From the NCBI GenBank assembly GCA_043228905.1, contig JBHGNT010000007.1, positions 2,976,001 to 3,040,000 on the forward strand: DNA of 64,000 nt, written 5' to 3'. Shown here one piece after another: positions 1-14,090 of the stretch; the first letter of the stretch is position 1, and each line of letters begins with the position of its first letter. The stretch comes from Azolla caroliniana. Taxonomy: Eukaryota > Plantae > Polypodiophyta. The position numbers were made by a program, and so were the translations under genes. The notes under the pieces are model-generated. The model was not told the origin of the DNA and did not search any database. It saw nothing but the letters and a program-made list of their open reading frames with translations.

Positions 1-205
1 CACACGCGTATTTTCTCAACAATGGTTCTACAAAGGTCCTAAGTTCATGCATTCAACCCCTAAATTCTGCATTGGCACCTCATAAAATCAAGAAAAATAT
101 ATGGTTTTATAAGGAGGTGAGGAAGTCATGCCTTGAACCCAAGGACTTTTGTCTATAATCTAATAGCTTATCATTAGAGAGAGACAAATATATATTTTTA
201 GCATC
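1..205 (+). mobile_element. Degenerate copy A of dual-tRNA SINE-like element (5' end at or beyond window edge)
   Basis: Co-linear with 60521-60729: TTCATGCATTCAACCCCTAAATTC...GGCACCT...GAGGTGAGGAAGT...TTGAACCCAAG...CTTATCATTAGAG, followed by (AG)8 at ~209-224. Confidence 0.6.
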
Positions 206-224
206 CATAGAGAGAGAGAGAGAG

Positions 225-312
225 GATGTCTAGATGAATGTAAGGTTGCCCAATGGAGACCAAAAGGTCATGGGTTTAACCCCTACACTCCACAAATGGT
301 GTGTAGTAATTT
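225..312 (+). mobile_element. Truncated copy B of dual-tRNA SINE-like element (left head only)
   Basis: GTAAGGTTGCCCAATGGAGACCAAAAGGTCATGGGTTTAACCCCTACACTCCAC matches the left head at 60544-60597 and 60772-60812. Starts right after (AG)8 and ends at a (TTA)n tract. Confidence 0.65.
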
Positions 313-770
313 TATTATTATTATTATTATTCAAAAAGATACACCCTGGTATTATAAAATCATAAGAAATACAAAAGTTGTGTTGGATATACCAATCGAT
401 TCCCTTGTACTCTCATCATGGCCGATTTGATGTGTATATACAATAACCACACATAGTTTTTTGTACATTGATGTTCAATATTCCTTGCTTTCGCCAAGCC
501 CTAAGCTTGGGTTCATGACTCTTTGATTTGTGAACTCAAGTTCCCTTAGATCTATGCATTATGGGCAGAAATTTCATTGCATGTTCATCAACATCCATGA
601 TATATTCATGTTCATAGTTTGCATATTCTGGTTCCCTTATATACAACCATCATCGATATAGAAATCCATGTTAATCTCATCAATAAATGCATACATGACA
701 TGCTCATTGATATAGATATCAATGGTATGTTCATGTTTATGAGTTGTTAAAACCCACCAGATCTATCAAC

Positions 771-2330
771 TCATCCATGATCAATATAGGCATCCATAGT
801 ATGCTCATTGACATAGACATCCATGGCATGTTCATATTCTTGCTTTCTCCAAGAATCATGTTTTATTCTGATCATGTTTTCGAATTTTTTTTCATCCTCT
901 AACATACCAACACTTCCAAATATATCAACCATGCGAACATATGCCTCCACACCATTATTATCTAGTTGTATGGCTTGATCAAAGGACAAACTCCCAAGCT
1001 TCACATTTCCCCACTTCCTACAAGCACCCAATAGTGAAATCCCTATGGCTGAATACTCAAAAAATAGCATTGCCTTGATCACTGAAATAGCCTTATCAAA
1101 TTGCCCCCCACATCCAAATACTACAACCATGCAATTAAGATGCTCTAAGTTTGGAGAAATACAATATTTTGTAGTCATAATCTCAAAAAACATTTTGGCA
1201 TCTTTTATGAGCTCAAAGTGAGCACTTGCAAGTAGGCTATGATAAGGCGTGATAAAATATGAATTTCGAAATTGACAGCGAGAGACATGAAGGAAAAAGT
1301 AAAGTTGTAGCACACATAATAATGTTATGTTGTTAGGAGATATGCCCTCGCTTTCCATGTGTTTGAGACACTTCAGGGCTTCATGTCCTTGTCCTTGTTG
1401 AGCATAGCCAACAATAAGGGCTGACCAAGCAATCACATCTCGAAGATGAAGCTCTTCTAGTACTTTTCTCGCTTTCTCAAGCATACCACATCTAGCATAC
1501 ATATGAACCAGAGCAGTGCCAAGAACTATATTCTTCTCCAACAATTTCCTTTTCACGACCTCATCATGAATTTGTTTGCCCTTGTCTATAGCACCCATGC
1601 TTCCACAGGCCTTTAGAGTGCAAATAAACGTAACAACATCATGTGATAAACCCTCATTTTGCATTTGTTTGAAACTATTGGGTGCATCATGGCTTTGTCC
1701 ATGTTGAACATACCCATAAATTATTGCAGACCATGTGATGACATTGTGATTAGAATGGTCTTCGAGTGATTTTTGAGCTTTGTCAAGCATTCCACATTTA
1801 ACATACATATAAGCTAAACCGTTAGCAAGCACAATATCCTTCTCTATGAAGTTCCTGCTCCGAATTTGATCATGAATTTGTTTGCCTTTCTCTATAGCCC
1901 CTAAATTGCCACATGCCTTCAAAATGGAAAGGTTAGTGCTTCCATTGGGAGAAAGACCATCATTTATCATTTGTTTGAAACAATTTAATGCCTCATGGTC
2001 ATGCCCTTGCTTAGTATACGTTGTGATTAATGCATTCCAACAAATAGTGTCTCAAGTAGAAAGCCCTTCAAGCACTTGTTGCACTTTTTCAAGTGCACCA
2101 CATTTTGCATACATACCCACTAAAGCAACTCTAAGAACAATATCATTCTCCAAAAATCCTCTCCCGAGAAGCTTTTTATGAAATTTTCACCTTTCTCAAC
2201 AAGGCCAATGCTGCTACATGCTTTCAGAATCAAAATAAAGGTGATTGCATTTGGAGCAAGACCTTCACTTTGCATTTGTTCATAGATGCTCAATGCTCTG
2301 TTATTTTGTTCATTTTGCACACATTGGCAT
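771..2330 (-). pseudogene. PLS-class PPR (E-type) pseudogene
   Basis: Repeating PPR motifs (LKACGSMGAIDKGKQIH, GTALVHMYARCGMLEKA, WSALIVGYAQQGQGHEAL) and an E-domain-like LLGACRKWGNV. Frameshift near 2180, in-frame TGA at 2052-2054, 81-bp foreign insertion at 1227-1307, no convincing N-terminus. Confidence 0.85.
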
Positions 2331-4109
2331 GTAGTAAATTTAAGGGTACATGTACTGAGTAATATAGAGGTGTGATCATTGGGTTTTGAACACAAGAAAT
2401 ACTACTACTGCATAGGTTAGTAAAAAATATGGATTACTACTGCTGAGTATGAAGAAAGACTAAAAGAAAAAGAGATGACCAATCTCTTTGGGACGATATC
2501 GAGTTTGCAAGTAAGATTGAAGTAACTACCAGATTATATGAAATTTATGCCATTTTGTCCTTTACGGTGAGTTGTTGCCACAGAGATTGTTAGTTGGCTA
2601 TTTTACTACCTTGCAATAGAACATTAGGCCATTTATTTCCTTAAGGTAGGTTCTTGTAAGTTGCTAATTGGTTATCTTATCATCTTGCCCTTAGTTGTGC
2701 ATTTTCAACATGATTCATAAAGAGAAAAACATTACCCATCTTACATATCAAATTCACCAATTACAACATCAAAAACTCGTAAGGTTTGTCAAGCGTAATG
2801 ATAGCCTACCTTTCAATTGGCCTAGAAATATATGTTTATATTCATCCAAACTTTGGTTTTGCTTTAGTTGAATTTGCCATGACAAATATGCCATCAAATC
2901 AACCTGTGTTAAACAAATATTTAAGGGGATTAGTTAGAAAGCATGAAAATGGTGTAAAGGTCACTTACTATGTCAATTTATTGCAATCCACTCTTCATAA
3001 TCACTCTCTCTCCCCCTCCCCCTTCTTGCATACCCACGTTTTATGTCATCACTATCTTAGAGACCAAAAGCGAGAATTTCTCATGATAGTTTTTGAGGGG
3101 ATGGGATACTTTTAGGTGCCCTCGCTAGTTTAAACAAAGAAACTTTTCGAATAGATACCTTTCTAGGTATGATTGCCTTTTCTCGAAAGAAAAGAAACAT
3201 CATAACCAAAAAGTAAATTTTTTACGACACATGAATCGAAGTCCTACAAAAATGCGTGAGGAAATGATTTTCAGAATCCAAGTTGGTGAAAAAACTTTGA
3301 TCCCAAGGTCCAACCTAGCATTTCGTGGCACCTCAAAATCCAATTTATCATAGAGTCGACTTCAACTCCCCAAATTCGAACTTTACTCTGGATAAAAAAT
3401 TATCTTCTTTGTCTTAGAAAATAGGATAGATGCAGATTACCATAAGGTATGCGCAGTTTACAATTGTGTGATGTTCCCCATTGTCTCTTCCACATATAAT
3501 GGTAAGTTTACCTATATTCGAGGGACGAAAACAAGAATAAAGTATACATTAGAGATATACCTAACCATATCATGTCTTTTAGTTCAAATGTAACTTCGCC
3601 AACAGTGACAAAACGAATGCTTAGGCTATTCCTCAGGTGTCAATGACCATAGTATATATATATATATATATTGTCCAACACTCCAACGTCCTACGTACCA
3701 CTGTAGTTTCGTAAGGAAACATGTGATTTCTTTTCTTCTGTTAATAGTAATTGTACCTCTTCTTTAAACAAAGCAAAAAGAGCTTAGCCACAATTGCATT
3801 TTTCATGATACGTCACCACAATTTGAAAAATGAAATTAGTTGTTACTTTGTTTTTTTACCCTTTTTTTTTCAAAACAAAATATCCTTCCATTAGTTTAAA
3901 AAAAGTATATCAGCGACAACATACAAAATAGATGGAAAGGAAACGATTATCCTTCCCAAGCCCGTCTTGTGTAAGAAAATGGCTAGCCATGGATCCTTAG
4001 TTTAACCGAGCCAAGGAAACAAATCTATATACATCCAAAGTAGAGGAAAACAACCAACTAAATGGGGAGAAAACTTCCATATTATCCTACACTTTGTCAA
4101 TCGAAAGAT

Positions 4110-4460
4110 TGGAATGCAGCTCCAAAGCTTCCGAAAAGTTATTGTAGCCACTCATAATCCATATGTGTAGGAATATTATCATTTCCAGCTTTTATTGAAC
4201 TCATCAATTCTAACGAAACGGAAGTAATGGTTTCTTGGACCAACATTATTTGACCCTGAAACATCTGCACACTATGCTTTCCGTAGAGATTATGCTACTA
4301 TTGGAGCCAATCTATCCCATAACTCCTCCATCCATCTCAAAATCTAATTTCATTTCAATATGTACTACCAATTTTCCCATGTTGCCACATGCTTTCAACA
4401 TACTAGAAAATGTCATCATATTAGGTAACAAGAGGCCTTGCACAAGCATTTGAGGATAGA
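4110..4460 (-). pseudogene. Degraded PPR fragment
   Basis: Minus strand reads LYPQMLVQGLLLPNMMTFSSMLKACGNMG, a PPR P/L-motif junction. The surroundings are decayed. Confidence 0.5.
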
Positions 4461-6008
4461 GTACTTTGTTTTTTATCCTTCTTTGAACCTACTATGAATT
4501 ACATAACAAACTTTTCGCAAAGTAAACCTTTTCTATCCTCAATAGAAGCCTATGGTCAAGTGAAATGTTTTTCCTTCTTTGAAGTTGAGATATGCCTATA
4601 AGTTCATTCCAGGTACCATTACACTATCACATTTATAAAGGAAGAAGTAGTGACTAGGCCATGGATAAGAAGTAAGCACATTGTTGTGTAATTAGACAAA
4701 AGGATCTCTAGGGCAAGTGGTGGTGCACTACGTATACCATCATGATCCACTACACGTAATGTCTCCTTGGAACATTTTCACACCTTTGGCATTAATACTA
4801 TGCACTAGCTAGCAAGCAAATTATATTCAGTTTTGTGAATGAAATTATCAGTCCAAAAAAGTTACTCCTACTTTGAACATGATCATTACAATAAGACCAA
4901 CAACAAAACTTGAAAAATCATCACAAAAGTACTAAAAAAATTAAGACTCAACATGCAAGCATTTAGGTCACCTTGACTAAGTACAAGTGCATAAATATAT
5001 ATAGCCATCATCTTATTAAAAAATACACTTGCTCATATCCATAACCATATGATGGTATACTTGCAAAACCTGATTAGATATTTTTGCTTGATCATGTACA
5101 AAAGAATCATTACTTTCTTTTGGTTATTTTCAAGATCTTATTTACACTAATCTTGTCTTATCATCTTATTAATAGCGCAACTTTTGTATGATACCCTACC
5201 TAGAATGCCTCTCATGTCCAAGAAGCATCCCATTTTATAATAAGTATATTTACCCTAATCAAACGATCACAAATGGAGAGGCAATAGTGACCACTTCCAA
5301 TGCTGAAATGGTAAGACATGTCTTCTCCACATCATATGCATTCATATCAACTACTTTTGATGGAACATTAGTACTAGGAGATTAACTCAAGAACATTGTC
5401 AATCACTTATAACAAAATAGAAGTACACAATGCATACATCGAGATATTAGGAGATTGATCAAAGAAGATGACGCTGGCATTATCTTTACTTAGAAGGTGC
5501 ATCACTTTTACTTGGAAGCCATAACTCAAAAAATTTGCTGTTATGTATCTTTTGAGTTTGAAAAGAAGAGCTGAAATTAACATAAGATACAACAAAATGT
5601 TGATTGATACAATGCTAGCTTTCCCAAAAACAAGTTGAATTTTACGTATGTTATATCTAGGCGAACTAAATGGCATCGAGAAAGACGGAAGAATCTACAT
5701 TTCTCACAAGAAAGAACCCATTATCTTTCCTGCGAGTAAGAAGGAATTAACTGGCACCCAAAAATTCATGGCTTGCCAGTGTCGAGCGGAATACAAATCA
5801 ATCACATTCGTTAAGAAGTGATGTAGGGTTACAGTTAGCCTCCACAACTATGCCAAGAGAAATATTAACAACATTCTTCAAGCATTATAGTATACACATA
5901 ACTTGTAATTTCAGCAACAATATCAAGCAAGCATCAAGCAATATATACCGAGAGGAACATTGACACATCATTCGCATGACATTCAACATACAGCTAGTTT
6001 CCCCACAG

Positions 6009-9000
6009 CTATATCAATATAAGATCCGGAGGGCTTGTTGTTCGAGCTGGATCTTTCACAATACCATTAATTTCCGACAAAAGTTGCACTACTTCTCGCA
6101 TTGTAGGACGATGGTCAGGTATGTCGGACAAACAACTTAATGCCACCTTCAGTAGCAACATAACCTCTTTAGTTCCTTCTACATCTAAACTCATCCTTCC
6201 ATCCACGATTTGTAGTATCCCTTCCCTGTTCATAACCACGTGCTTTCTTACCCATCTTGCAATGTCGATGCAATCTCCATACTCAGGCTCAATCGGTCTT
6301 CGCCCTGTTACAAGTTCCAAGAGAACAACTCCAAAGCTATAAATGTCACTCTTCTCATTGATCTTTAGAGTGTACGCGTACTCTACATGTCAAAAAATCA
6401 ACAAATGAGTTTTTCATTACACAGATCAAAAGACTACATTAAATATGAAACAAAAGAATGGTGGTTTGGTTACGAGCGTAATGGCAATCGAATATACATG
6501 GAATTGTTAAGGCTAGAGATAGGATCATTAGGTCATGAATGGACATTTCGTGTCGGACAATGTCAAGATAGCTATGCATATATACCTGGGTTTAACTGGT
6601 GTGTATATATATAGGCCAAACTGTCTCTTGCCTCCTGTTCTTAGTTTCTCTTGAATTACTCTTTTTAAAATTAGGTTTACTTCACAAAATGTGATTGTTA
6701 ACAACATCCTTTACACACTTACCTGGAGCAATGTAGCCATAAGACCCTGCAACAGAGGACATGGACTCAGATTTTCCCATTGAGTCTCGGAGGGTGCGAG
6801 CTAAGCCAAAATCTGCCACATGTGCTTCGTAGTTGGAATCGAGAAGTATATTGTTGGATTTCACATCCCTATGCACAATCAAAGGGGTACAATCATGGTG
6901 TAGATAACAAAGGCCCATTGCAGCCTGTAAAGCAATCTTATATCTGGAACCCCAACTCAATGACCCTCCCCGAGGCCCATGCAACAATTCACCTAGACTT
7001 CCATTAGGCATATGCTCATAAAGTAAAAGATTGGCTTCATGATTAGAGCAACATCCTACAAGTCTCACAATGTGCCGATGTCGAATATTTCCGAGTGTTA
7101 AAATCTCGGCTGCGAAACCATGGTCATTGTACTCTTCCGAATCCTCTTCTGGGGATCCTTTTCGTATTGCCGGGAGCTTCTTTATAGCGACCATTTTCCC
7201 ATTAGGCATCAATCCTTTATAGACTGTCCCTGACCCCCCTTTCCCGATCACATTCTCACTTGTCAAGCATTCCAATACATCGTTCGCTGTGAAATCCAAC
7301 CGCTCAAACGCAGTTAATTTCCATGATCTCTTCGATAAGAAGCTCTCATTGAACAAAGAGCACAAGAATTGCTTATCCCGCTCATTCCGGAACATAAACA
7401 CTAGTGCACCTAAAGTGAGAATAAAGAGACCAACCACTAGACCACTCATGCCATAGATGAGAGACCTCGAAGATGATGACAATCTCCAACCGGTAGTGTT
7501 CGTGTTCGTGTTCGTGTTCACACCCTTCCTGGCCTCTGCAATGCAATTGTGTTTGCTACAAAGCTGAGGATTACCGACGAATGAAGTTTCGTTGAAATTT
7601 GCAAATTGACCTTGGTCTGGAACCAATCCCGAGAAGTTGTTGAAGGAGAAATCAACAGTTGTAAGAGTAGACATATTCTCTAGTGACAAAGGGATGCTCC
7701 CATAGAAGTTGTTATAAGATACATTGAAAGAAGCCAGCACATTGAGGTTTGAGAGCTCAGGGGGTATTTCTCCTCGGAATTGATTGTGACTAAGATCGAT
7801 GCTAGCGAGGCTCGAACAATGGGTGATGGTTAGAGGTAAGGAACCATTCATTAGGTTTCCACTTAGGTCTAGCTTAGCCAGGCGTTTCAAAGAACCTATC
7901 TCTTCTGGCATCGGCCCAGTTATGCGGTTTCCAGAAAGATCTAGATCTACTAATCCCGACAAACTTCCAATACTTGATGGAAGTGTGCCAGTGAGCTCAT
8001 TGTGTGACAAATCTAAGCTCCCTAACTTAGATGAAGAAGGCATGGTGAGGTTTATTTCTGGAAAATAACCATTGAGACGGTTCCTAGGAAGCTCAAGTAA
8101 ATCTAGCTCAGGAAGCGATAGAATTCCAGGCGGTATAGAACCACTCAACATGTTATCGCCCATTCGAACCCGGACAAGTTTTGGGCAATTTGCAATACCT
8201 CTTGGAATAGGTCCAGAGATTCGGTTACGAAGCAATATGAGCCGAGTAAGCTTCTTACTTTTGCAAAGGTGAGGAGGAATGAATCCATAGAATGAGTTAG
8301 ATGAAAGATCGAGTTCTAATAGTTGCCCATTTCTTCCAAGATGGTGTGGGATAGGGCCAGTAAAATTGTTTTCCCATAATGTGAGAACTTGTAAGTTTGG
8401 TAAGTCTCCAATGTAGGAAGGAACCTTGCCATGAAGACTATTAAGGAATAGGTTGAGAAGCTCTAGCTTGTGTAGAGAAGCTAACTCCTTTGGGATCAAT
8501 CCACTCAGCTTATTATTGGATAAATCGAGTGATTTTAGGTTTGTAAGGTTCCCCAGCTCATGTGGTATAGGACCCATTAAGCTATTAGTTTGCAAGAAGA
8601 GAGAATCTAGGTTAGAAAGTGAGCCTAATGATGATGGAATCTCACCACTAAGGCCACTATTGGCCAAGTCTAACCTGACTAAGTTGCTTAATCTACCCAA
8701 CTCCACTGGGATTCCACCTTCAAATTCGTTGTAGTAGCCCAAATAGAGCCTCTGGAGATTCATTAAGCTGCCAAGTTGGGGGGGTATCCGACCAGTCAAT
8801 GCATTTCCCGAAAGGGCAAGGTATTGGAGATTGACGAGATTGCCATATTGGGGGGGAATGCTGCCATAGAAGTAATTACCCCCTAAATGGAGGTGCTTAA
8901 GGCTAGTTAGTAGACTTACTTCGACGGGTAGCTCGCCGGTGAAGTTATTGTTGAATGCGTCGAGGACCTCAAGTGTCGGCATGAGAGACGAGAAATTGTT

Positions 9001-9414
9001 GGGGAAATGTCCGCCCAAAAGATTGTTGGATATGTTGAGATAGGTCAAATGGGAGAGGATCGCAATGGCAGGGCCCGAGAGGGTGCCCGACAAGTTCATG
9101 GAAGAAATGTCTAACCCTATCACATGACTTGAAACATTGTTGCACTTCACACCCATCCAGTTACAAGGACCTGCAGTGTTAGCAGTAGAATTTGTTGTTG
9201 CTGCTGTTGTTATATTCCAATCATGGAGATGTTCAGGTGGACCCCCATATTCATCCACAAATCCGGCTTTCAATGAAAGTAGAGCTAAGCTTTCTTCAAG
9301 TAGAGAAGAAGAAGAAGAAGAAGATTGCACTCTAGCTACCATGATGAAGCTACCAAGTATGCAGAGAAGGGATGGAAATAGGTGTGTCGATCCGACCCAT
9401 TGGCTCAGCCACAT
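6009..9414 (-). CDS. BAM1: LRR receptor-like kinase, CLAVATA1/BARELY ANY MERISTEM clade (LRR-XI), 1021 aa
   Basis: Exons 9414-6723 and 6382-6009, with a GT-AG intron at the canonical [15 protein letters not shown] position. Signal peptide, CxWxGVxC cap, >20 LRRs, TM helix, [50 protein letters not shown]. First ATG is at 9414 (the ORF track starts at a TTG). The symbol denotes the clade, not strict orthology. Confidence 0.93.
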
Positions 9415-9498
9415 TTTGTTCAAATAATTTTTTGAGCTTATATTTCTCAAGCTTAGCAAGTGTAGGAAGGCATTGTCATTGAAAGCAAACTAGACATT

Positions 9499-10105
9499 GT
9501 AATGATTTCAGGGCCTTAATGTGGGTTTCGGGTATGATAAGCTACCTAAGAAATCACTGAAATGATCGACATGTAACCCAAAAAAAAGACCTAATCTCGG
9601 AGCTCAAATTTCTACAAGTATAGGAGAATCAGAAGAAGCAGAAACTGGAACAGAGTACTGTGGGGGAGAGGAACAGAGAGGGATATGGAGGGAGGAGCTA
9701 GCCCTGGTAATGATTTCAGGTCTTTAGTGTGGTTTTCGGGTATAATAAGCTAACCTGAAATGATCAACATGTAACCCAAAAAACAAAACATAAATCTTTG
9801 GAGCTCAAATTCATACAAGTATGTATAGGGGAGAGTCAGAAAGAAGCAGAAACTGAAACAGAGTAGTACTATGGGGAGAGGAACACAGAGGGGTATGGAG
9901 GAAGGAGCTAGCCCTGGTAATGATTTCAGCACTTTGGAATGGATTTTTCAGGTGTAATGCATTAGCAGAGAGATCATTGAAAGGATCAACATGAACCCAA
10001 AAAAATAGAACTTAAAACTTTGGAGTTCAAATTCTTACAAGTATGTGTTATGTGTAGGAGAGTCAGAAAGCAGCAGAAACAGAGTAAATGGAGGAGAGGG
10101 GGGTA
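9499..10105. repeat. Three diverged tandem copies of a ~210-bp unit immediately upstream of the LRR-RLK
   Basis: GTAATGATTTCAG...GATCRACATG(T)AACCCAAAAAA...GGAGYTCAAATT...AGAAGCAGAAAC...GGAGAGG recurs at ~9499, ~9707 and ~9917. Confidence 0.85.
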
Positions 10106-10691
10106 TACATGGGAGTGGCATCATCCTATATGTATAGATGTTTGATAGATATGATTCATTTTTCATGAGGTTTTAACAAAGGGGGCATCTCTGTCTATGG
10201 TTTATCTGCATTTGGGAGAATAAAGAAAAAAAAACAGGGGCTTTTCATCTGTCATTGCCTAATTACATACATACTAAAAAGCTAAGAATGTGCTTCCTCT
10301 TCTCTAGATGTAGTTTGTTTGTTGGGTTTCTCAATAAAAAGTTACCTCTTTATGTTTTTGGTTCACCTTTCAAATTAATAGTCATTCCTAAGTGGTGGTC
10401 CTCTATCTATCAACACACTTTTAGTCTTACCTCATGGGTCTCTATCTACACCTATGTATGTACATATGTATTAGTTGTCAATCTATATCTATGTCCATGT
10501 ATGTATTGGGTCTCTATCTATCTATCTCAACTTATATCTATCTTTTGGGGATCTCTCTATCTATAGAGATCCTAGGCCCAAACATCCATCCACTACATAG
10601 AGATAGATATATTAAAAGAGAGAAGAGAGAGTTAGGAACATAAGAGTGTGTGAGTGCGAGAGATGTGTGTATGAGAGAGAATGGGCATACA

Positions 10692-10726
<35 letters not shown>

Positions 10727-11949
10727 GACTAATGTATGTGTGAGAGAGAGAAGAGATTATTAATGTCCACATGAGACCAATGCAATTTGTGTGCGAGAGA
10801 ATGCATGAATCCTTGTATAAATGTTTGAGAGAGAGCATGACTTTGTGATTGTTTGCGAGACAGAGAGGGAGGGAGAGGATGTGTGAATGGGGGTGGGTGG
10901 GTGCTAAGAGAGGTTACAATTTACAAAACCAAAGCATGTGTGCACACATGTGTGGGCATAGTAGAGAGAGAGAGAGAGCACCATTCCGCTTCTCTATTGG
11001 TTGGGAGGTTATATTCATACTCTCTTTCTCTGCCCTCTCGACTCACTAGTTAGTAGTAAGTGTCTACGAACACATAGAAAATCTAATTTCTAGATTCTCT
11101 ACAAAGTTCTAGATCGTGCTTGCAAAGTTGTATTTCATGCTAAATAGCCATGCATAATGCATCAACACTTACATGAAAATTAAGGCACACGATTGATAGA
11201 TGATAGATCACTTTGATGACTTACATTTGCATGATAGATGAAGCATGACCACGCGTGACCAACTGTATCGATTAATATAATACATATTTGAGGATATGTC
11301 AAAATTACATTATGATATATTGCAAATAATGTTTAAGCTTTCTTTACATATCTTCTATCTTGTCATCAAGGTCTGAATTTTTAGTATTTATCACTCATCA
11401 AGCATTTGAATAATAACATAGTACATAACTCATTTGGAATTTTGTAGAACCACAAAATCAATTTTTTAGTATTTTCTGGAATGCTTGGACGAGAGAAATC
11501 TTCCTAGCATGGAGGGAAAGAGATTAGAGATGCAAGACATGTTCACTCTCCTCAAGTGTCTATATGCTACCTTGACATCAACTTACAACACTTACAAGGT
11601 CACTCTTATGCTAATATTTTTCAATTTTTGCTCTACTTTATGAAACTTAGGTTTTTGTATTTGTTTTTCTAAATTGGATGGCCTTTTATTGTTCCAATTG
11701 TCTATAGTAAGAATGTCAGTTATGAGTGTAGAAATTACTCCCACACGATTGGATCCCACGATAAATTTCTAGGAGAGAATGATAAATGTTAATTTGATAA
11801 AGTATATTGACATTCACGTTCTATAGTGTAGTACCATGCAATGAGTAGTATATATTTGTTTTTCAACAAATTTTCACAACAATCTAGATTTATAAACAAT
11901 AGATATCGTGTAAAATAGTATTCAATATCGCATGGAAACATTTATTGAA

Positions 11950-13050
11950 GTGACCAGATTAGTTAAACCTAAACAATGCCCCACGATGTATGTGTTCAAA
12001 CTTCAACATATGTTTGAGTGCTTGTGTAGCACAAGTAAACATGAATGGCCAAGCTCTTGTTATATGTTCCATTGGGACATATTGTGACATTATACCAAAC
12101 CTTATCATATCTAGGATATCAATAGAGGCTACATTACAAGATTGAGCCTAAGATTAGTTATAGCATTGTTAAATTGTGAGGATAAGTACCTTACAATAGA
12201 CATATTATTGAAGTTGATTTTTACAATGTAGCATTTTTGGGTGGTTCCCTTGTAGAGGTCTATTTTGAGATTGATATTTTTTTTGAAGATTATTGGTGGT
12301 AAACCTTGCATGGTATTCTTTATGTGGTTATTACAATAATGATCCCCATATACATTATTGCCAACGTGAAAACATTACAATTTGGCCCAACCGTACAACA
12401 TTTGACTTGGGGCCAATTCATCCTCTTATGCCTAGGGTGTACCATGGTTGGCATTGAGGCATATGCATATTGCCAACTTGTACACTTCGAACGAGAGTGA
12501 CTTACACTTGGTTTAAGGGATGACAATGCATAAGTACAATAATCAACCATTTAGTATTGTTTATAACTTATAGTGTTGACCTATAGTTTTGGAATGGGGT
12601 GTTGGGTATGGGGAAACCTCTCACAGGGTCACTTTGTCTAGTATATGCAGTGATATGTTTGTGCTTAACAACAAAGTTTCCCATCTTGGTATTGGCGCCA
12701 TACCCCCAAAATCTAAAGGTGTTTGAAAACTTTGTTGTAGCCAACTTGAACTAAACAACTCACAACTTGGGAGCACTCTATAGTGGCATTCAAGTTTCTA
12801 AGGAAACAAGGACATTGCCATTATGGCTCCATAACAAGGATAAAGATCATAAGTTGATCTTGTATATTATCAAATGTATTGGTACGATACAAGGTTGTAT
12901 AGGTTTTGCTCCCATTCTTCCACCTTGTCCCAAGCATGAATTTACCCCGTCCCCTCTAAACAAAAAATTCATTTCAAGAATTCAATGAACCCATTGACAA
13001 CAATGAGTAGCTTGAACCTTTCCAAATGTTTGTAATATAAACATTCTCAT
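11950..13050 (-). mobile_element. Heavily degraded LINE (RT C-terminal region) relic
   Basis: Broken minus-strand motifs LGQGGR...IVPIH and W...TPLDFGGM resemble the LSxGGR..PIH and W..P...GGLG blocks of plant L1 ORF2. Many stops. Confidence 0.35.
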
Positions 13051-13248
13051 GTCATTTCATGTTGTAGAAGGTTCTAAGCTCTTTTGAGTAGAACCATCCT
13101 AAAAAGCTCAAAACTATTTGAAATTGTGCCTTTCAATAATGGTCAAAAGTATTTATGGTAGTGTACCGCAACGAGGTTTTAAGTTCTAATAATTTCATAT
13201 ATGATATAACACAAGAAAACTTGGGCAACAAGCTCGAATAAGTGTCTT

Positions 13249-13620
13249 GAGGTTCAACTTTTTTCTTGAAATCTTGTATTGTCTTGTGACATGGTCATGC
13301 ATTTGGTTTCGTATTGTATAGATATTTGATGAAGATTTGCAATAAGCATATTAAAAGGTTAATCTTTTCCTTGTAATCTAGACTTATGTCTTGATTCGCG
13401 CATATATTGAGTCTCATATTGTTAAATACATGACGAGGTCTAACGTTTTGTCACAATCTAGTCTTGTCGTATGTTCTTGTCATGTATCGAATCTTCCCTT
13501 GTATAAATATATGATGGACAAGCGAGATAAGCATCTTAAAGTCCAACTTTTTCTCATAATTTAGTCTTGTCTTGTGATGCAGTCATGGGTTGAGTCTCAT
13601 CTTGTTTAAATGTATGAACC
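13249..13620. repeat. Four degenerate ~80-bp units
   Basis: AGGTYCAACTTTT...AATCTAGTCTTGTC...CATG...GAGTCTCAT.TTGT..AAAT..ATGA-like unit at ~13249, 13356, 13436 and 13539. Confidence 0.6.
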
Positions 13621-14054
13621 CTTGTAATTCATACTTATGATCAAGTTAATGCAATGTACTTTACATTTCAAAATTTTATTACCTCAACCTAAGTTCTTAT
13701 AATCAAGCACTTCGATGGTTGACACAGAGTACTAGAAGAAGGTTATGAAATTTTTGGAACTCAAGTGAGATTAAAGAATTCTAGAATATTTTATAAACCT
13801 CGAGAGAAGGCCAAGATATTCCAAGCAAGATATATTCACGTTCACGACAGTACGATAGTCCTCACCCACATTGAAGTGATGAACAATGCTCGGGTCACAT
13901 CAAATGAATGAATATAATGAAAGAACAACCCCAAATATTTCGTGATCTCCAACATGCCCTTATAATTGAAGTTTTGCGTGTTGTATGAGAACAAGTAACA
14001 TAACCTACGAAACCGATGAAATGTGCTACAAGTGTCTCATCTAGAAAGAGAGAG

Positions 14055-14090
<36 letters not shown>

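Noticed and set aside
7799-9427. Plus-strand ORFs within the LRR-RLK
   Set aside because: Antisense shadows of LRR codon periodicity.
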